A stretch of 64,000 nucleotides of DNA from an uncultured Verrucomicrobiae bacterium (GCA_963744965.1 CAVUVT010000007.1:16642-80641), one strand, 5' to 3'. Shown: positions 41,481 to 52,357, counted from the stretch's first letter. Notes: generated from the sequence alone by a model not told the origin. Program-made: numbers and translations.

Positions 41481-42742
41481 TCATCCGCTGGCGAGCAGTT
41501 TTTCCCAAAGATTTTCGTTCAGCAGCGCTTTTTGGAGGAATTCCGTCTCGTCTGGCGCCGCGGCAGAGGGTTCGGGCTTGAGGGGCAGGTGCAGGGTGAA
41601 CGTCGTGCCGTGGCCGGGCTGGCTTTGGGCTTCGATCTTGCCGCCGTGATGGTGGACGATGAAAAAGCAGGCAATCAGATTAATGCCGTATTCGGACGGC
41701 ACGCTGCCTCGCACGACGAACGGATCGAAGATGACGCGCAAGGCTTCCTCCGGCAGGCCCGGCCCGTTGTCGCTGATATGAACGGCAATTTCCGGTTTGG
41801 TCCCGGCATTCTGCAATTCCGCCGCAAAGGTGATGCGGCTGCCGGCGGGCAGCATGGCCAGCTCGTCCTTCAGCAACAATTCAAACAGCCGGTAAAATTT
41901 CGGCTGGTCCACCTGCAGCGCGGGCAGCGAATCGGGAATCTTGTTTTCAATTTCGATCCGCCGGGCGGCGAATTGCTCCTGGAGCGGGGCCAGCGCCGCG
42001 CTGACGGTCTGGTGCAGCAACACCTCGTCGGCGAATTGCGACGCGGCGTTGTTTTCCGACGCGGACCAAAGGTCCTTGAGCAGGCCGTTGATTTTTTCAA
42101 TCTGCGACTGGACGTTCTGGTGATAATCCTGCCAGAACTCGGGGTTGCGCAGGGTGTTCAAATCCGTTTTTTCCTCGGCCATCTTCCCGGCGCGAGGTCG
42201 AGAAAGGTTTTTACCGCCACGAGCGAGTTGCGGATATGATGGCTCAAGCCGGCGGCCAGCAGGCCGAGGCTCACAATGCGGTCAGCGATCATCATGTTGC
42301 GCAACACGGACATTTTTTCGCGGAGCAACTGGTCGCGTTCGGCCTGCACCATGAAAAATTCCAGGCCCTGCCGGAGCGTCAGCTCGAATTGCGGCGGGTC
42401 CCACGGCTTGGTGATGTATTTGTAAATCGCGCCGCTGTTGACGGCGGCGATGGCGGCTTCCGCGTCCGTGTACGCCGTGACCAGCATGCGCAAAACCTGC
42501 GGGCGCAACTGCCGCGCCCGCCCCAGCAGCCAGACGCCTTTTTCCCCGGGCATCCGCTGGTCGGTCAGCAGCAGGCCGATCTCGTCGGCGTGCTGTTCGA
42601 ACAGCTTGAAGCCGTCCTGGGCATTGGTCGCCGTCAAAATCCGAAACTGATCCGCAAAGGCGCGCGTAAAGTATTTCAGCGACTTCTCCTCGTCATCCAC
42701 GTAGAGGATGGCGTATTTTTTGTAGTCGTAGAGATTTTCCAT
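41481..42742 (-). CDS. Receiver + HisKA + HATPase hybrid regulator, PhcR/PhcQ-like (frameshifted)
   Basis: ILYVDDE, TDQRMP, TKPWD, HHIRNSL, then DNGPG/IFDPF in another frame; one extra G at 42186-42188 joins DLAP-GKMAEE. Confidence 0.75.
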
Positions 42743-42751
42743 GCGCGGCTT

Positions 42752-44146
42752 TCAGTTGGTCGCCGGATTGGTCCGGACGGGGAATTCCAGCGTGAATTCG
42801 CAGAACTTTCCCGGCTCCGTTTTCACCGAAATCCTTCCCCCGGACTCCTTCACGATACGGTAACAGATGCTCAATCCCAGCCCCATGCCTTCGCCCACGT
42901 CTTTCGTGGTGAAAAACGGGTCGAAAATCTTGTCCACATCGGCGGCGGCGATGCCCGGGCCGTTGTCGCGAACCGACAAAATGCTGCTGCCGTTTTCTAC
43001 CCGTCCTTCAATCCGGATGGTCGGCTTTTCATCCCGGAACGACTTTGTTTTCAACGCATCGAGCGAGTTTTGCAGCAGGTTCGTGACCAGATGGATCAAT
43101 TTGTTCCGGTTCACCCAGATCGTCTGCTGTCCGGCAATCTGCTGGTCAATCTGAACCTTGTCCTTCCACTCGTTGCTCAGGAACCGCAGCGCCGAAGCGA
43201 CCACCTCCGTCACCGCCACCTGGTCCCGGCTCTCGGTTTCGGGATGCGTAAACATCTGCAAATCCGAGACGATGGTCTTCACCCGTTTGACGCCTTCTTC
43301 GACATCGTTCAAGACCTCGGTGTAATCCGCCTGTTGTTCCGGGGCCAGGTTTTGGCCCTGTTTGCGCAGGGTAAAGAGGCCGGTGATGGCGAAGTTCAGT
43401 GGATTGTTGATTTCGTGGATGATGCCCGCGCTCATGCGGCCGAGCGACGCCAGCTTCTCGGTTTGCACGAGTTGCATCTCGTTTTCCTTGAGCTGTTGGA
43501 GGCTCGCTTCCAGCGCCTTGCGGCTTTTGTCCAGTTCGTAACGCAGCGTGAATTCGCTGAGTCGAAGCTGGTAAAAAAAGTGGTTGCCCACAATGACGAT
43601 GATGCCGGTCAGGGCCAGGAAATAAAGATTGATGGCCAGATTGTTGAAAAATTCCTCGGGGGTCGGTTTCAGCCAATGGAAACCGCAGGCGGCCAGATAC
43701 ATCACGATGATGGCGGTCACACTAAACGTTGACTCCCAGATGTCCCAGCGCACCACGACACTCACGGCGAGCAGGATCAAATTAAGCGCCGCATAATAAT
43801 TCGAAGCCGCGCCCGTCAATGGTCCTTGCGCCGCGGCAATGATCCAGCACATGAAGAATCCGGGGAGGAGCGCGATGGGAATGCCCAGCCGGCGATAATG
43901 TTTTTGTCCCAGCTCGGTGGTGTGCCAATACCAGAGGCCGGCCGCCAGCACGGAACAGAGGAGCCGTAGTTCGAGAAAATACCAGCGTTGCGGGTGGTAA
44001 AACAGCCAGTCCATGACCGAGCCGAGCGGCATCAAAACCACCACCAGCACCGACGCGATTTTGCCCGTGCGCAGGCGTTCCTGCCGTTCATTGGCGACAA
44101 AAGCGTCGGCAAAATCGCGATTCGAAGATGTCAGTTTCTTAAACAT
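42752..44146 (-). CDS. Membrane sensor histidine kinase, PhcS-like
   Basis: About six TM segments, HEINNPL, DNGPG, FFTTK, GMGLGL. Confidence 0.85.
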   Translation of the reverse strand: MFKKLTSSNRDFADAFVANERQERLRTGKIASVLVVVLMPLGSVMDWLFYHPQRWYFLELRLLCSVLAAGLWYWHTTELGQKHYRRLGIPIALLPGFFMCWIIAAAQGPLTGAASNYYAALNLILLAVSVVVRWDIWESTFSVTAIIVMYLAACGFHWLKPTPEEFFNNLAINLYFLALTGIIVIVGNHFFYQLRLSEFTLRYELDKSRKALEASLQQLKENEMQLVQTEKLASLGRMSAGIIHEINNPLNFAITGLFTLRKQGQNLAPEQQADYTEVLNDVEEGVKRVKTIVSDLQMFTHPETESRDQVAVTEVVASALRFLSNEWKDKVQIDQQIAGQQTIWVNRNKLIHLVTNLLQNSLDALKTKSFRDEKPTIRIEGRVENGSSILSVRDNGPGIAAADVDKIFDPFFTTKDVGEGMGLGLSICYRIVKESGGRISVKTEPGKFCEFTLEFPVRTNPATN

Positions 44147-45655
44147 GGTCCGGCTTGCGCACTTCCATGAACAGATTCACCCCTGTCGCGTCGGAGCGGA
44201 CCTGGACGGCATCGTCGGGGGCGCGGTCCGGCAGCAGGGCGCGCAAATTTTGTGCGGTGCGATAAACCAGGTGCCAGTCCAGCAGGTACGCCATTCCATT
44301 CCGCAGCGGATTGGAAGGGTCCACGTTCGTCACCACCAGCAACCCCCCGGGCGCAACCCGGTCATAAAAGATGTCCATCAGTTGCGCGCAGGTGTGATCG
44401 GACAAATAATCAAAAAGCCCCGAGCAGTAAATAAAATCATGCTCCCGTCCAACGCCGGCTCCGCCGCGGCCGGCTTCAGGCTTTCCTTGAGCAATTGATG
44501 AACGGTTAGCTGCTGAAACCGGACGGCGGTTTGCCGGTGGAAACGTTCCTTGACGTCCTGGATCGCCTTTGCGACATGGTCCAGCGTTTCACGGTTGAAG
44601 TCCGTCAGCGTCAACTCGACCTGCTCGCTCAGGAGGGAATCGCCCAGGAACCGTTGCACCTCGACGGCGGGGCCGCAGGCAAAGTTGAAAATGCGCGCCT
44701 TGCGCCCCAGGCGCGACAGGCGCAACGCTTCGGTTTCCATGCACCGGGCGAGGTACGTCAGCCGGTTGCGATGTGCCGCCGCGGGCGCTTGTTTGAGAAA
44801 CCAGCAGTTGACCACCCGGGCGTACAGGGAACCGCCTTCCTGACCGTCGCGGGCAATCATGTTCACCATCTCATAATCGCCGGCATAACCGAGCGGTTTG
44901 TAAAAGGTGCGGTGGGCAAAGGGCGCGCACAGCACCAGGGAATGCAAATGCTGCCGCAGGTAACTTTCATGCGCCGGTCTTTGATCGCCCGCGATCTGGC
45001 CGGCAATCACTTCAAAATTTTTGAAAAGCTCGTTCACCGGCGGGATCACCACCCGCGCGAATTCCTCCGTCACTTCCTGTTCCAATTGCCGCCAGCCGCT
45101 GGCCGGCAGCGAACGAAAACCCATCTCGACCTGGTCCAGCCAGAGGCGCAGGTCGGCCAGGAAGGTTTGCAGGTCGGCGGTGATGATTTTGTATTCCGGC
45201 AACACCTTGTAGAGTTTTTGCCATTCGGCAAGAAACGCCTTGAATTCCTCCGTGAGCCGCCCGCCGCCTTGCGCCACCCAACCCGGGTCCACCGCCAGCC
45301 AGTGCGCTTCATCCAACGTCGCTTCGCAAACGATGCTCAAGCCCGCGTCCATCACATTGCGGACCACCGCGCGGCCCGAATAAATCGTCCGGTCTTTCAG
45401 GACAATTTTGAATTGGTTCAGCACTTCGGAAAGCCGCGGATTCACCCCCGGATTATACAGCTCGAACACGACCGCGTGCCGCGTTACGCGCACCAGAACG
45501 CCGCGCAACTCCAGCTCTTCGGCGGTCTGGAACGTTACCAGACTTTCCTTGACGCCGGAGGGGCTTGCAACCGTTTCGGTCCGCACGATTTTTTTGAGCT
45601 CGTGAAGTTGCTGTTCATTCCCTCCATTCCCGTTGGTGTTGACGGCCTGATTCAT
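44139..45655 (-). CDS. SAM-dependent methyltransferase, PhcB-like (frameshifted)
   Basis: KPLGYAGDYEMVNMI, AHRNR, NFACGPAVE; one extra G at 44444-44446 restores GEHDFIYCSGLFDYLSD...PGG. Confidence 0.75.
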
Positions 45656-46022
45656 CTCTGGGGAAAGGAATAGACCATTTTCCGCGCCAAAACAAAACGA
45701 TTCTTGACGTTTGCAACTGGCATCGCCATTGCTTTGTTCACCCCACGCCGCTTGCCGGTGCAAGGTCCGGCGTCTCGAATGCAATCGGAACCGGCAAAAG
45801 GGATGCTTGTCCCGTTACAGGACAGGCGGCATATTGAAAAATGATGATTCCTTTCATAGGGTGCGCTAAAAATGAGGCGCTTGAATTGAGGGTCGGAAAC
45901 CGGGGAACGAACGTCTGGCGCGGTTGCCGCTGCCCCGGCCAAAAACGGCGCCAGCAAACGGCGCGGACGTCATGGGACCTGCCGGGGCTGGCCCGGTCAG
46001 CCGCAACAAGGAATTTGGGGTT

Positions 46023-46916
46023 ATGATGAGAACAACCGGTCTTGCACGCGATGCCGCCGGGCGGCCTTCCTTCACGGGTTGCGCCGCCGCGCTGAAGGGC
46101 AAATCGCTGGCTGGCGGCAAATCGCATTCCGTCTCCTTCGGCGCGAACAAAATTCACTACGTCACCGTGGGCCGGGGAAGCCACACGCTGGTTTTCATCC
46201 ATTGCTGGGCGGGCAACCTCAGCTTCTGGCGCGAGCAGGTCCCGGCGCTGGCGGTCAAGGCGCGGCTGGTGCTCGTTGACCTCCCCGGCCACGGCCAGAG
46301 CGGCAAGCTGCCGGCGGCGTACAGCATGGATTATTTCGCCAGCGCCGTCCTCGCGGTGATGCGCGCCGCCCGGGTGGACAAAGCCACGCTCGTCGGCCAC
46401 AGCATGGGCGGGCCCGTCATCTACCGCGTCTATGAACAGGCGCCGGAGAAGGTCGCCGCGCTGGTGGTGGTGGACGGCTTTCTGCGCCGGCCCCGGGTGA
46501 CGCCGGGCCAGGCCGAAGAATTCATCGCCCGGTTTCGCACGCCGGAATACCGCGAGCACACCCGGCAGTTTTTCGGCCCCATGTTTCCCGTTCCCGGCAC
46601 CGAAGCCTTGCGCAACCAGGTTTTGTCCGAAATGCTCGCCACGCCGCAGCGCGTCATGTCCGGCGCGATGGAGGGAATGTTCGGCCCGGACCAGCCGGAT
46701 TGGGACTTGAAACCGGTAAACGTGCCCGTGCTCGTCATCAACGCCAAAGGCCCGCTGTGGAATGCGGATGACAAAAATTACGTCCGCTCGCTCTCGTCGC
46801 AAACCGATTACCGCGTCATGGAAGGCGTGGGCCACTGGCTCATGCTCGAACGGCCGGTGGAATTCAACGCCCTCCTCACGGACATGCTGCGGAAGTTTAA
46901 GCTGATTGCAAAGTGA
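46023..46916 (+). CDS. Alpha/beta-fold hydrolase
   Basis: DLPGHGQS, GHSMGG nucleophile elbow, GHWLMLE; start uncertain. Confidence 0.88.
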   Translation: MMRTTGLARDAAGRPSFTGCAAALKGKSLAGGKSHSVSFGANKIHYVTVGRGSHTLVFIHCWAGNLSFWREQVPALAVKARLVLVDLPGHGQSGKLPAAYSMDYFASAVLAVMRAARVDKATLVGHSMGGPVIYRVYEQAPEKVAALVVVDGFLRRPRVTPGQAEEFIARFRTPEYREHTRQFFGPMFPVPGTEALRNQVLSEMLATPQRVMSGAMEGMFGPDQPDWDLKPVNVPVLVINAKGPLWNADDKNYVRSLSSQTDYRVMEGVGHWLMLERPVEFNALLTDMLRKFKLIAK

Positions 46917-46988
46917 GCCGCGCGAAAGGCCGTGGTGTTTTTTGCGCGCCTGGCGCATTGCCGCGACGAGTCAATCGCGGCCTTCAGA

Positions 46989-48251
46989 TTAAAAATGCCA
47001 GCCCACCGACACGAACACGGCGGAACTGAAGAAATCATAATTGCCGTTGGCGGTCTGTCCGGCTATCTGTCCGGCTGTTGATGGGGTGCTGCCGGTGACC
47101 GTGTGGGTGGGGCCATAGCCGAGTTGATAGGCAATGTCGAAATTGAAGTGTTTGCCTTTGTAACCGGTCCCTGCGCTGAAGAAGTAACGGTCCATGTCCG
47201 CCACCAGCGGGGTGTAATGCGCGTTCGGCACGGAGTTTTCGTTATAGACGAAACCAGCGCTCGCGTGCCAGCCGCTGTCAAAATACCGCGTCGCGCCGAG
47301 TTCGTACATCCAGCTCGGCTGCCAGTCCAGTATCAATGGAATGTCTTGATGCGGCACGGCGGCCGGTGGATGTACCTGATGGATGCTGGTCGAACCGAAG
47401 CTGCTCCAATCCGTGTAATTCGCATCAAACTCCAGATTCCACTTGGGGGTGGGCCGGAAGGAAATGCCGCCGACGGCGCTCATGGGAAAAGTTAAATCCA
47501 TTTGTGCTGAACTCTTCGAACTGGGGGGGCGTAACTGCGATTCCGTCTGGCCGTCCAACGTCACCTTCGCCGGGCTGCGAAAAGTCGCGCCCAACGAAAT
47601 CTTCTCCATCGGTTGCCACCGGGCACCGAGATTGTATCCCACGCTCCAGCCGTTGCCGGTGAATTTAAAGTAGTTGGGCGGGGTGACTGATTTGGATAAT
47701 CCCTGCTCCAGATCCATGTCCACATAATTCACTAGCGGGCCGGCAGCGATGGAAAGCGATGGCAATATTTTGTACGCCACGACCGGATTGATTGTGAGAT
47801 AAGTCAGTGAGCCATTCAGTGCCACTGCGCGGAAACCCGTGTTCTGCGGCCAGCTCGACTCCCCGCCGTAAGGCGAGTAAACGCCCAATCCAAAACTCAC
47901 CGGCAGGTTCGTGGAAGAGTAGGTGTAGAAAATCTGGGGGACGGCGGCCAGATTGTCCTGGTTGTCATAAGAATGGCCGTGGTTGAGGGCGCTGCTCGGG
48001 GGACTGTAGCTGGAGTCGAGATAGATTCCATAAATGCCGCCTCGAAGATTGTTGCCCTCAAGCTGGGTGATGCCCGCCGGATTGTAATAAACAGCGGACG
48101 GATTGTCCGCCGTGGCCACAAACGCCTCGCCGCGCGCGGTCGCAAAGGCATCCTGATCCGCCAGCCCGAAGCCATTCGCCGAAGCTTTCATGGCCAAAGC
48201 TCCTGAAACCAGCATTGTCAGCAGCCTCAAGATGTTGCGTCGGTTTATCAT
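46989..48251 (-). CDS. FadL/OmpP1/TodX family outer-membrane transporter
   Basis: Signal peptide, ADNPSAVYYNPAG hatch motif, beta-strands, terminal aromatic F. Confidence 0.88.
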   Translation of the reverse strand: MINRRNILRLLTMLVSGALAMKASANGFGLADQDAFATARGEAFVATADNPSAVYYNPAGITQLEGNNLRGGIYGIYLDSSYSPPSSALNHGHSYDNQDNLAAVPQIFYTYSSTNLPVSFGLGVYSPYGGESSWPQNTGFRAVALNGSLTYLTINPVVAYKILPSLSIAAGPLVNYVDMDLEQGLSKSVTPPNYFKFTGNGWSVGYNLGARWQPMEKISLGATFRSPAKVTLDGQTESQLRPPSSKSSAQMDLTFPMSAVGGISFRPTPKWNLEFDANYTDWSSFGSTSIHQVHPPAAVPHQDIPLILDWQPSWMYELGATRYFDSGWHASAGFVYNENSVPNAHYTPLVADMDRYFFSAGTGYKGKHFNFDIAYQLGYGPTHTVTGSTPSTAGQIAGQTANGNYDFFSSAVFVSVGWHF

Positions 48252-48365
48252 CACCGATTCATGAGTTCCAACTACAGAACGAACACCGTAGATACGCATG
48301 GATGCCGCGCCGGAGCAAGCAAATCCAACCGCCCGCGCAACCGGTGCATCCGCGCACTGCCCCCC

Positions 48366-48436
48366 GGAGCGCCGGCCTCCGGCACGGCAGGTGTTGAGTT
48401 CTCCCACAAACGCGCCGGACCGGAGATCGGCGCTCC
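48366..48436. repeat. GGAG-type REP doublet (second copy 60485-60557)
   Basis: GGAGCGCCGGCCTCCGG ... CCGGAGATCGGCGCTCC. Confidence 0.75.
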
Positions 48437-48580
48437 ATTATTGCCACCGGAGTCGAGGGCAATGTCAAGATGCGCCCGGCGCAACCGTGCATCTGCGTTG
48501 GAGTTGTGGCGGCAGGCAGGACGTCCGCCCTCACGTGAGAATTCCCCGAAACATTTTATCGCGCCTTGAACCCCTGAACC

Positions 48581-48659
48581 GTAGCAGCCGACGTGAGTCG
48601 GCTCCGACATTGCTTAAAATAAGATGGAGCGGACTCATCCCGCTTTGCGGGACTGCTAC
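48581..48659. repeat. GTAG-type REP doublet (second copy 51288-51362)
   Basis: GTAGCAGCCGACGTGAGTCGGCTC ... GAGCGGACTC..CTGCTAC. Confidence 0.75.
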
Positions 48660-48837
48660 GAGTTTCATGATGAGGGTGAGCGTGAACACCAACTCCACTG
48701 AAAACGTCAAGGAACCGGTTTGTGAAAGATTCGCCCGGGGTCTTCCGTAATGAACACAGGCGAACATTTTGGATTTGTTTCAAACCAACTCCTGCCGGGT
48801 TTCAGGGTGGCTTTACTTTCATCCGGCGTGGGGTAAA

Positions 48838-49944
48838 ATGACTTTTGTGCAAAAAGCCGTCCAATTGATGATGGGATTTTTGTTGTTTGGCTCCGCCGTT
48901 TTTCCGGTCCAAGCCGCCTTCACGTCGTTCTATGTCTTTGGCGATGGCCTTTCCGCTGCGTCAAACAATTTGCCCGTCGGGCCGTGGTACTACGGTGATC
49001 GCTGGTCCAACGGCCGGGTTTGGGTTGAGGTGCTGGCCCAACGCCAAGGGCTGACTTTTTACTTTTCCAATAACATTTCCTATTTCGGCAACACCAGCAC
49101 CAATCTTGTGAGCGAGGTCAACCACTTCAGCCCGCCGGCTAATGCAAGCAATGCACTGGTGGTCATTTGGGTCAACAATGCGGATTTGTATGATCCAGCG
49201 ACGGCTTCCCCCCCGACCTTGGCGGGTTTTAACGCCGCCATCAACCAGTCGCAAATCAACCATTACAAGGCCATCACCAACCTTTACGCCAAGGGCATCC
49301 GCACCTTGGTCATGCCCAATGCCGTGGATATTTCCACTATTCCCGCATTTAATACTGACACCGCCTATACGAACCTGTTTCATCAGGCTTCCACGAATTA
49401 CAACGCTGCCTTTTATGCCACGTTGAACCAAGTCCGAACCAATTCCAGTTACTCCGGCCTGACCATTTATGTTCCGGATTTTTTTGCCCTGCTCACGAAT
49501 CTTCTGGCACACCCCGCCACCTACGGAGTGACCAATGCCCTTCAGTCTGGATTAAGCATTGATGCCTTAGGCGCACTGGGGACTCCGTCTCTGTCAAATG
49601 GTCCGGGAACAACTTATATCTTTTGGGATGGGCATGACCCGACTGCGATGGTTCATGACTGGATGGCCAATACCGCCCAGCAACTCATCTCGCCGGCGCA
49701 AATCAGCAATCTCACCGCGCTCAATGGCAGCAATCAGTTGGTTATGGCCAACGTCCCGATTGGCCAGAACGGTTTGATCCTTGGCCGCACGAATCTTCTG
49801 CTGGGGAACTGGACGACCAATCTGCTCTCCAACGGCACCAACACGTTCGCCAGCACCAACACAACGCAGACGGTCTATGTCCCCGCCTCCGGTTCGCCGT
49901 GGTATTACCGGCTGAAATTCCTCTATTCCTGGTCCTGGCCGTAG
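48838..49944 (+). CDS. Exported SGNH/GDSL-fold protein with altered catalytic motifs
   Basis: FGDGLS, RWSNGRVWVE, FWDGHDPTAMVH; signal peptide; C-terminal domain ending YYRL. Confidence 0.75.
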   Translation: MTFVQKAVQLMMGFLLFGSAVFPVQAAFTSFYVFGDGLSAASNNLPVGPWYYGDRWSNGRVWVEVLAQRQGLTFYFSNNISYFGNTSTNLVSEVNHFSPPANASNALVVIWVNNADLYDPATASPPTLAGFNAAINQSQINHYKAITNLYAKGIRTLVMPNAVDISTIPAFNTDTAYTNLFHQASTNYNAAFYATLNQVRTNSSYSGLTIYVPDFFALLTNLLAHPATYGVTNALQSGLSIDALGALGTPSLSNGPGTTYIFWDGHDPTAMVHDWMANTAQQLISPAQISNLTALNGSNQLVMANVPIGQNGLILGRTNLLLGNWTTNLLSNGTNTFASTNTTQTVYVPASGSPWYYRLKFLYSWSWP

Positions 49945-49957
49945 CCCGCATCATCTT

Positions 49958-50038
49958 CTGGGAGCGCCGGCGTCTCGCCGGCTGGGTTGGAACTGTCCGT
50001 CGCAACGCAGCGAGCCGGCGGGACGCCGGCGCTCCCAG
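49958..50038. repeat. REP doublet between convergent genes
   Basis: CTGGGAGCGCCGGCGTCTCGCCGGC ... GCCGGCGGGACGCCGGCGCTCCCAG. Confidence 0.75.
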
Positions 50039-50111
50039 AGGCTGATACCATTTCTCAATGACAACCGGTGCAATGGGTGGGCGGCGCTGCCGCGCAGCAG
50101 CACGGCCCTGC

Positions 50112-51164
50112 CTAAGCCGTTTTCCCCAGCGTTTCGTAGCCCCAGCGCAACATCCGCTCGGTGGTTTGCCAGCCGATGCAGGAATCGGTGATGGAGATGC
50201 CGTAACGCAAGTCCGCCGGATTTTTCGGAATCGGCTGGCTGCCTTCGTGAATGTTGCTCTCGACCATCAGGCCGATGAGCGACCGGGTGCCGTCCACGCG
50301 CTGCTGAATCACGCTCCGCCACACGTCCTCCTGCCGCGTGAACTGCTTTTCGGAATTCGCGTGGCTGCAATCCACCATCAGCACCGGCGGCAGCTTTTCC
50401 GCCTTCAATTTTTCCTCCGCCGCGCGGATGCTGGCCGCGTCGAAATTCGTCTGCGCCCGGCCGCCGCGCAACACGATGTGCGCGTCCGGATTGCCCGCCG
50501 TGCGCACGATGCTCGTGACGCCGTCCTGGTCAATGCCCAGAAAGCTGTGCGGATGCCGCGCCGCGCCCATCGCGTCAATCGCCACCTGCAAACTGCCGTC
50601 GGTGCTGTTCTTCAAGCCGACTGGCATCGAAAGGCCGCTGGCCATTTCCCGGTGCGTCTGCGATTCCGTCGTGCGCGCGCCAATCGCCGCCCACGTGATC
50701 AAATCGGCGATGTATTGCGGCACGATGGGGTCCAGAAATTCCGTCGCCGCCGGCAGGCCCAGCCCGGTGATTTGCAGCAGCAGCCGCCGCGCGATTTTCA
50801 AGCCCGTCTCGATGTCCTGCGAACCGTCGAGGTGCGGGTCGTTGATCAACCCCTTCCAGCCGACGGTCGTGCGCGGCTTTTCAAAATAGACGCGCATGAC
50901 AATTTCCAGGCGGCCGGCAAATTTCTCGCGCAGCGCGTTGAGCCGCCCGGCGTAATCCAGCGCGCCCTTTTCGTCGTGGACCGAGCAGGGGCCGATGACG
51001 ACGAGCAGGCGCGGGTCTTCCTGCCGCAGAATGCGGATGATCCGTTCGCGGCTGTGCGCGACCATCGCGTTGACGGCATCGGGCGCCGGCGACTGCGCTT
51101 TCAATTCCCGCGGCGACAACAGCCGGACAATTCCTTTGACGTGTAAATCCTGCGTCCGAAACAT
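50112..51164 (-). CDS. 3-deoxy-7-phosphoheptulonate (DAHP) synthase, class I-alpha
   Basis: [46 protein letters not shown]. Confidence 0.95.
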   Translation of the reverse strand: MFRTQDLHVKGIVRLLSPRELKAQSPAPDAVNAMVAHSRERIIRILRQEDPRLLVVIGPCSVHDEKGALDYAGRLNALREKFAGRLEIVMRVYFEKPRTTVGWKGLINDPHLDGSQDIETGLKIARRLLLQITGLGLPAATEFLDPIVPQYIADLITWAAIGARTTESQTHREMASGLSMPVGLKNSTDGSLQVAIDAMGAARHPHSFLGIDQDGVTSIVRTAGNPDAHIVLRGGRAQTNFDAASIRAAEEKLKAEKLPPVLMVDCSHANSEKQFTRQEDVWRSVIQQRVDGTRSLIGLMVESNIHEGSQPIPKNPADLRYGISITDSCIGWQTTERMLRWGYETLGKTA

Positions 51165-51287
51165 GCTGACCAATATAGCGCAGGCCGGCTTCGCGGAAAG
51201 GCTGAACTCGATTGTCGTTGGACCTGAGGCACAGCTCGCCACCACCGACAATGGCCGGGCAAACCTTCCGCGCCAGTCTCAAACCTT

Positions 51288-51362
51288 GTAGCAGCGGACG
51301 TGAGTCCGCTCCAATCTCATGCAAAACCCTGGAAAAGTGAGCCGACTCACGTCGGCTGCTAC
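51288..51362. repeat. GTAG-type REP doublet
   Basis: GTAGCAGCGGACGTGAGTCCGCTC ... GAGCCGACTCACGTCGGCTGCTAC. Confidence 0.78.
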
Positions 51363-51495
51363 GATGAGACGATGCACGGTTTTTGCAATTCCGTCCCTGG
51401 CCATTGTCAAAATTGTCAGGCGCAGGCGGATACCTGGCCGGCCCAAAAGCAAAATGCTGGCGTCCGGACGGTTTTCGGTTTATTAATTGAACGTT

Positions 51496-52272
51496 ATGAA
51501 AAATCTAATCTTAGCCATTCTCGCTCTGGTCTCCACCGGGGCGGTTCGCGCCGGCATCCACACCCAGCTCGTCGAATATAAACAGGGCGACACGACGCTC
51601 GAAGGATTCGTCGCCTATGACGACGCTATCCAAGGCAAACGACCCGGCATCCTGGTCGTGCATCAGTGGCTGGGGTTGACCGACTATGAAAAGCATCGCG
51701 CCGAAATGCTCGCGCAACTCGGTTACGTCGCGTTTTGCGCCGACATTTACGGCAAGGACGTCCGCCCGCAGAACACGCAGGAGGCCGGCGCCCAGGCGGG
51801 CAAATACAAAAGCGACCGGCAACTGTTGCGCGCCCGCGTCAACGCCGGCCTGGACGCGCTCCGCCGCCAGCCGCTCGTGGACCCGAAACACGTCGCGGCC
51901 ATCGGCTATTGTTTTGGCGGCACGACGGTGATTGAACTGGCGCGCAGCGGCGCGGATGTCGCGGGCATTGTCAGTTTCCACGGCGGATTGGATTCGCCGA
52001 CGCCCGCGGACGGCAAAAACATCAAGTGCAAGGTGCTGGTTTGTCACGGCGCGGATGATCCGTTTGAGAAGCCGGAGGACCTGGCCGCGTTCGAGAGCGA
52101 GATGCGCGATGCCAAAGTGGACTGGCAGCTCATCAAATACGGCGGGGCGGTCCATTCCTTCACCCAGCCCATGGCGGGCAATGACAATTCCAAGGGCGCG
52201 GCCTACAACGAAAAGGCGGACAAACGTTCGTGGGAAGCCATGAAACAGTTCCTGGCCGAAATTTTCAAATAG
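51496..52272 (+). CDS. Exported dienelactone hydrolase family protein
   Basis: Signal peptide, GYCFGG, HGADD, HSFT. Confidence 0.9.
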   Translation: MKNLILAILALVSTGAVRAGIHTQLVEYKQGDTTLEGFVAYDDAIQGKRPGILVVHQWLGLTDYEKHRAEMLAQLGYVAFCADIYGKDVRPQNTQEAGAQAGKYKSDRQLLRARVNAGLDALRRQPLVDPKHVAAIGYCFGGTTVIELARSGADVAGIVSFHGGLDSPTPADGKNIKCKVLVCHGADDPFEKPEDLAAFESEMRDAKVDWQLIKYGGAVHSFTQPMAGNDNSKGAAYNEKADKRSWEAMKQFLAEIFK

Positions 52273-52357
52273 GACGGAATCAAACCACGAAATACACAAA
52301 CACACGAAAAAGATTTGTTTTTGTGTATTTCGTGTGTTTCGTGGTTAACTTTCCGCC

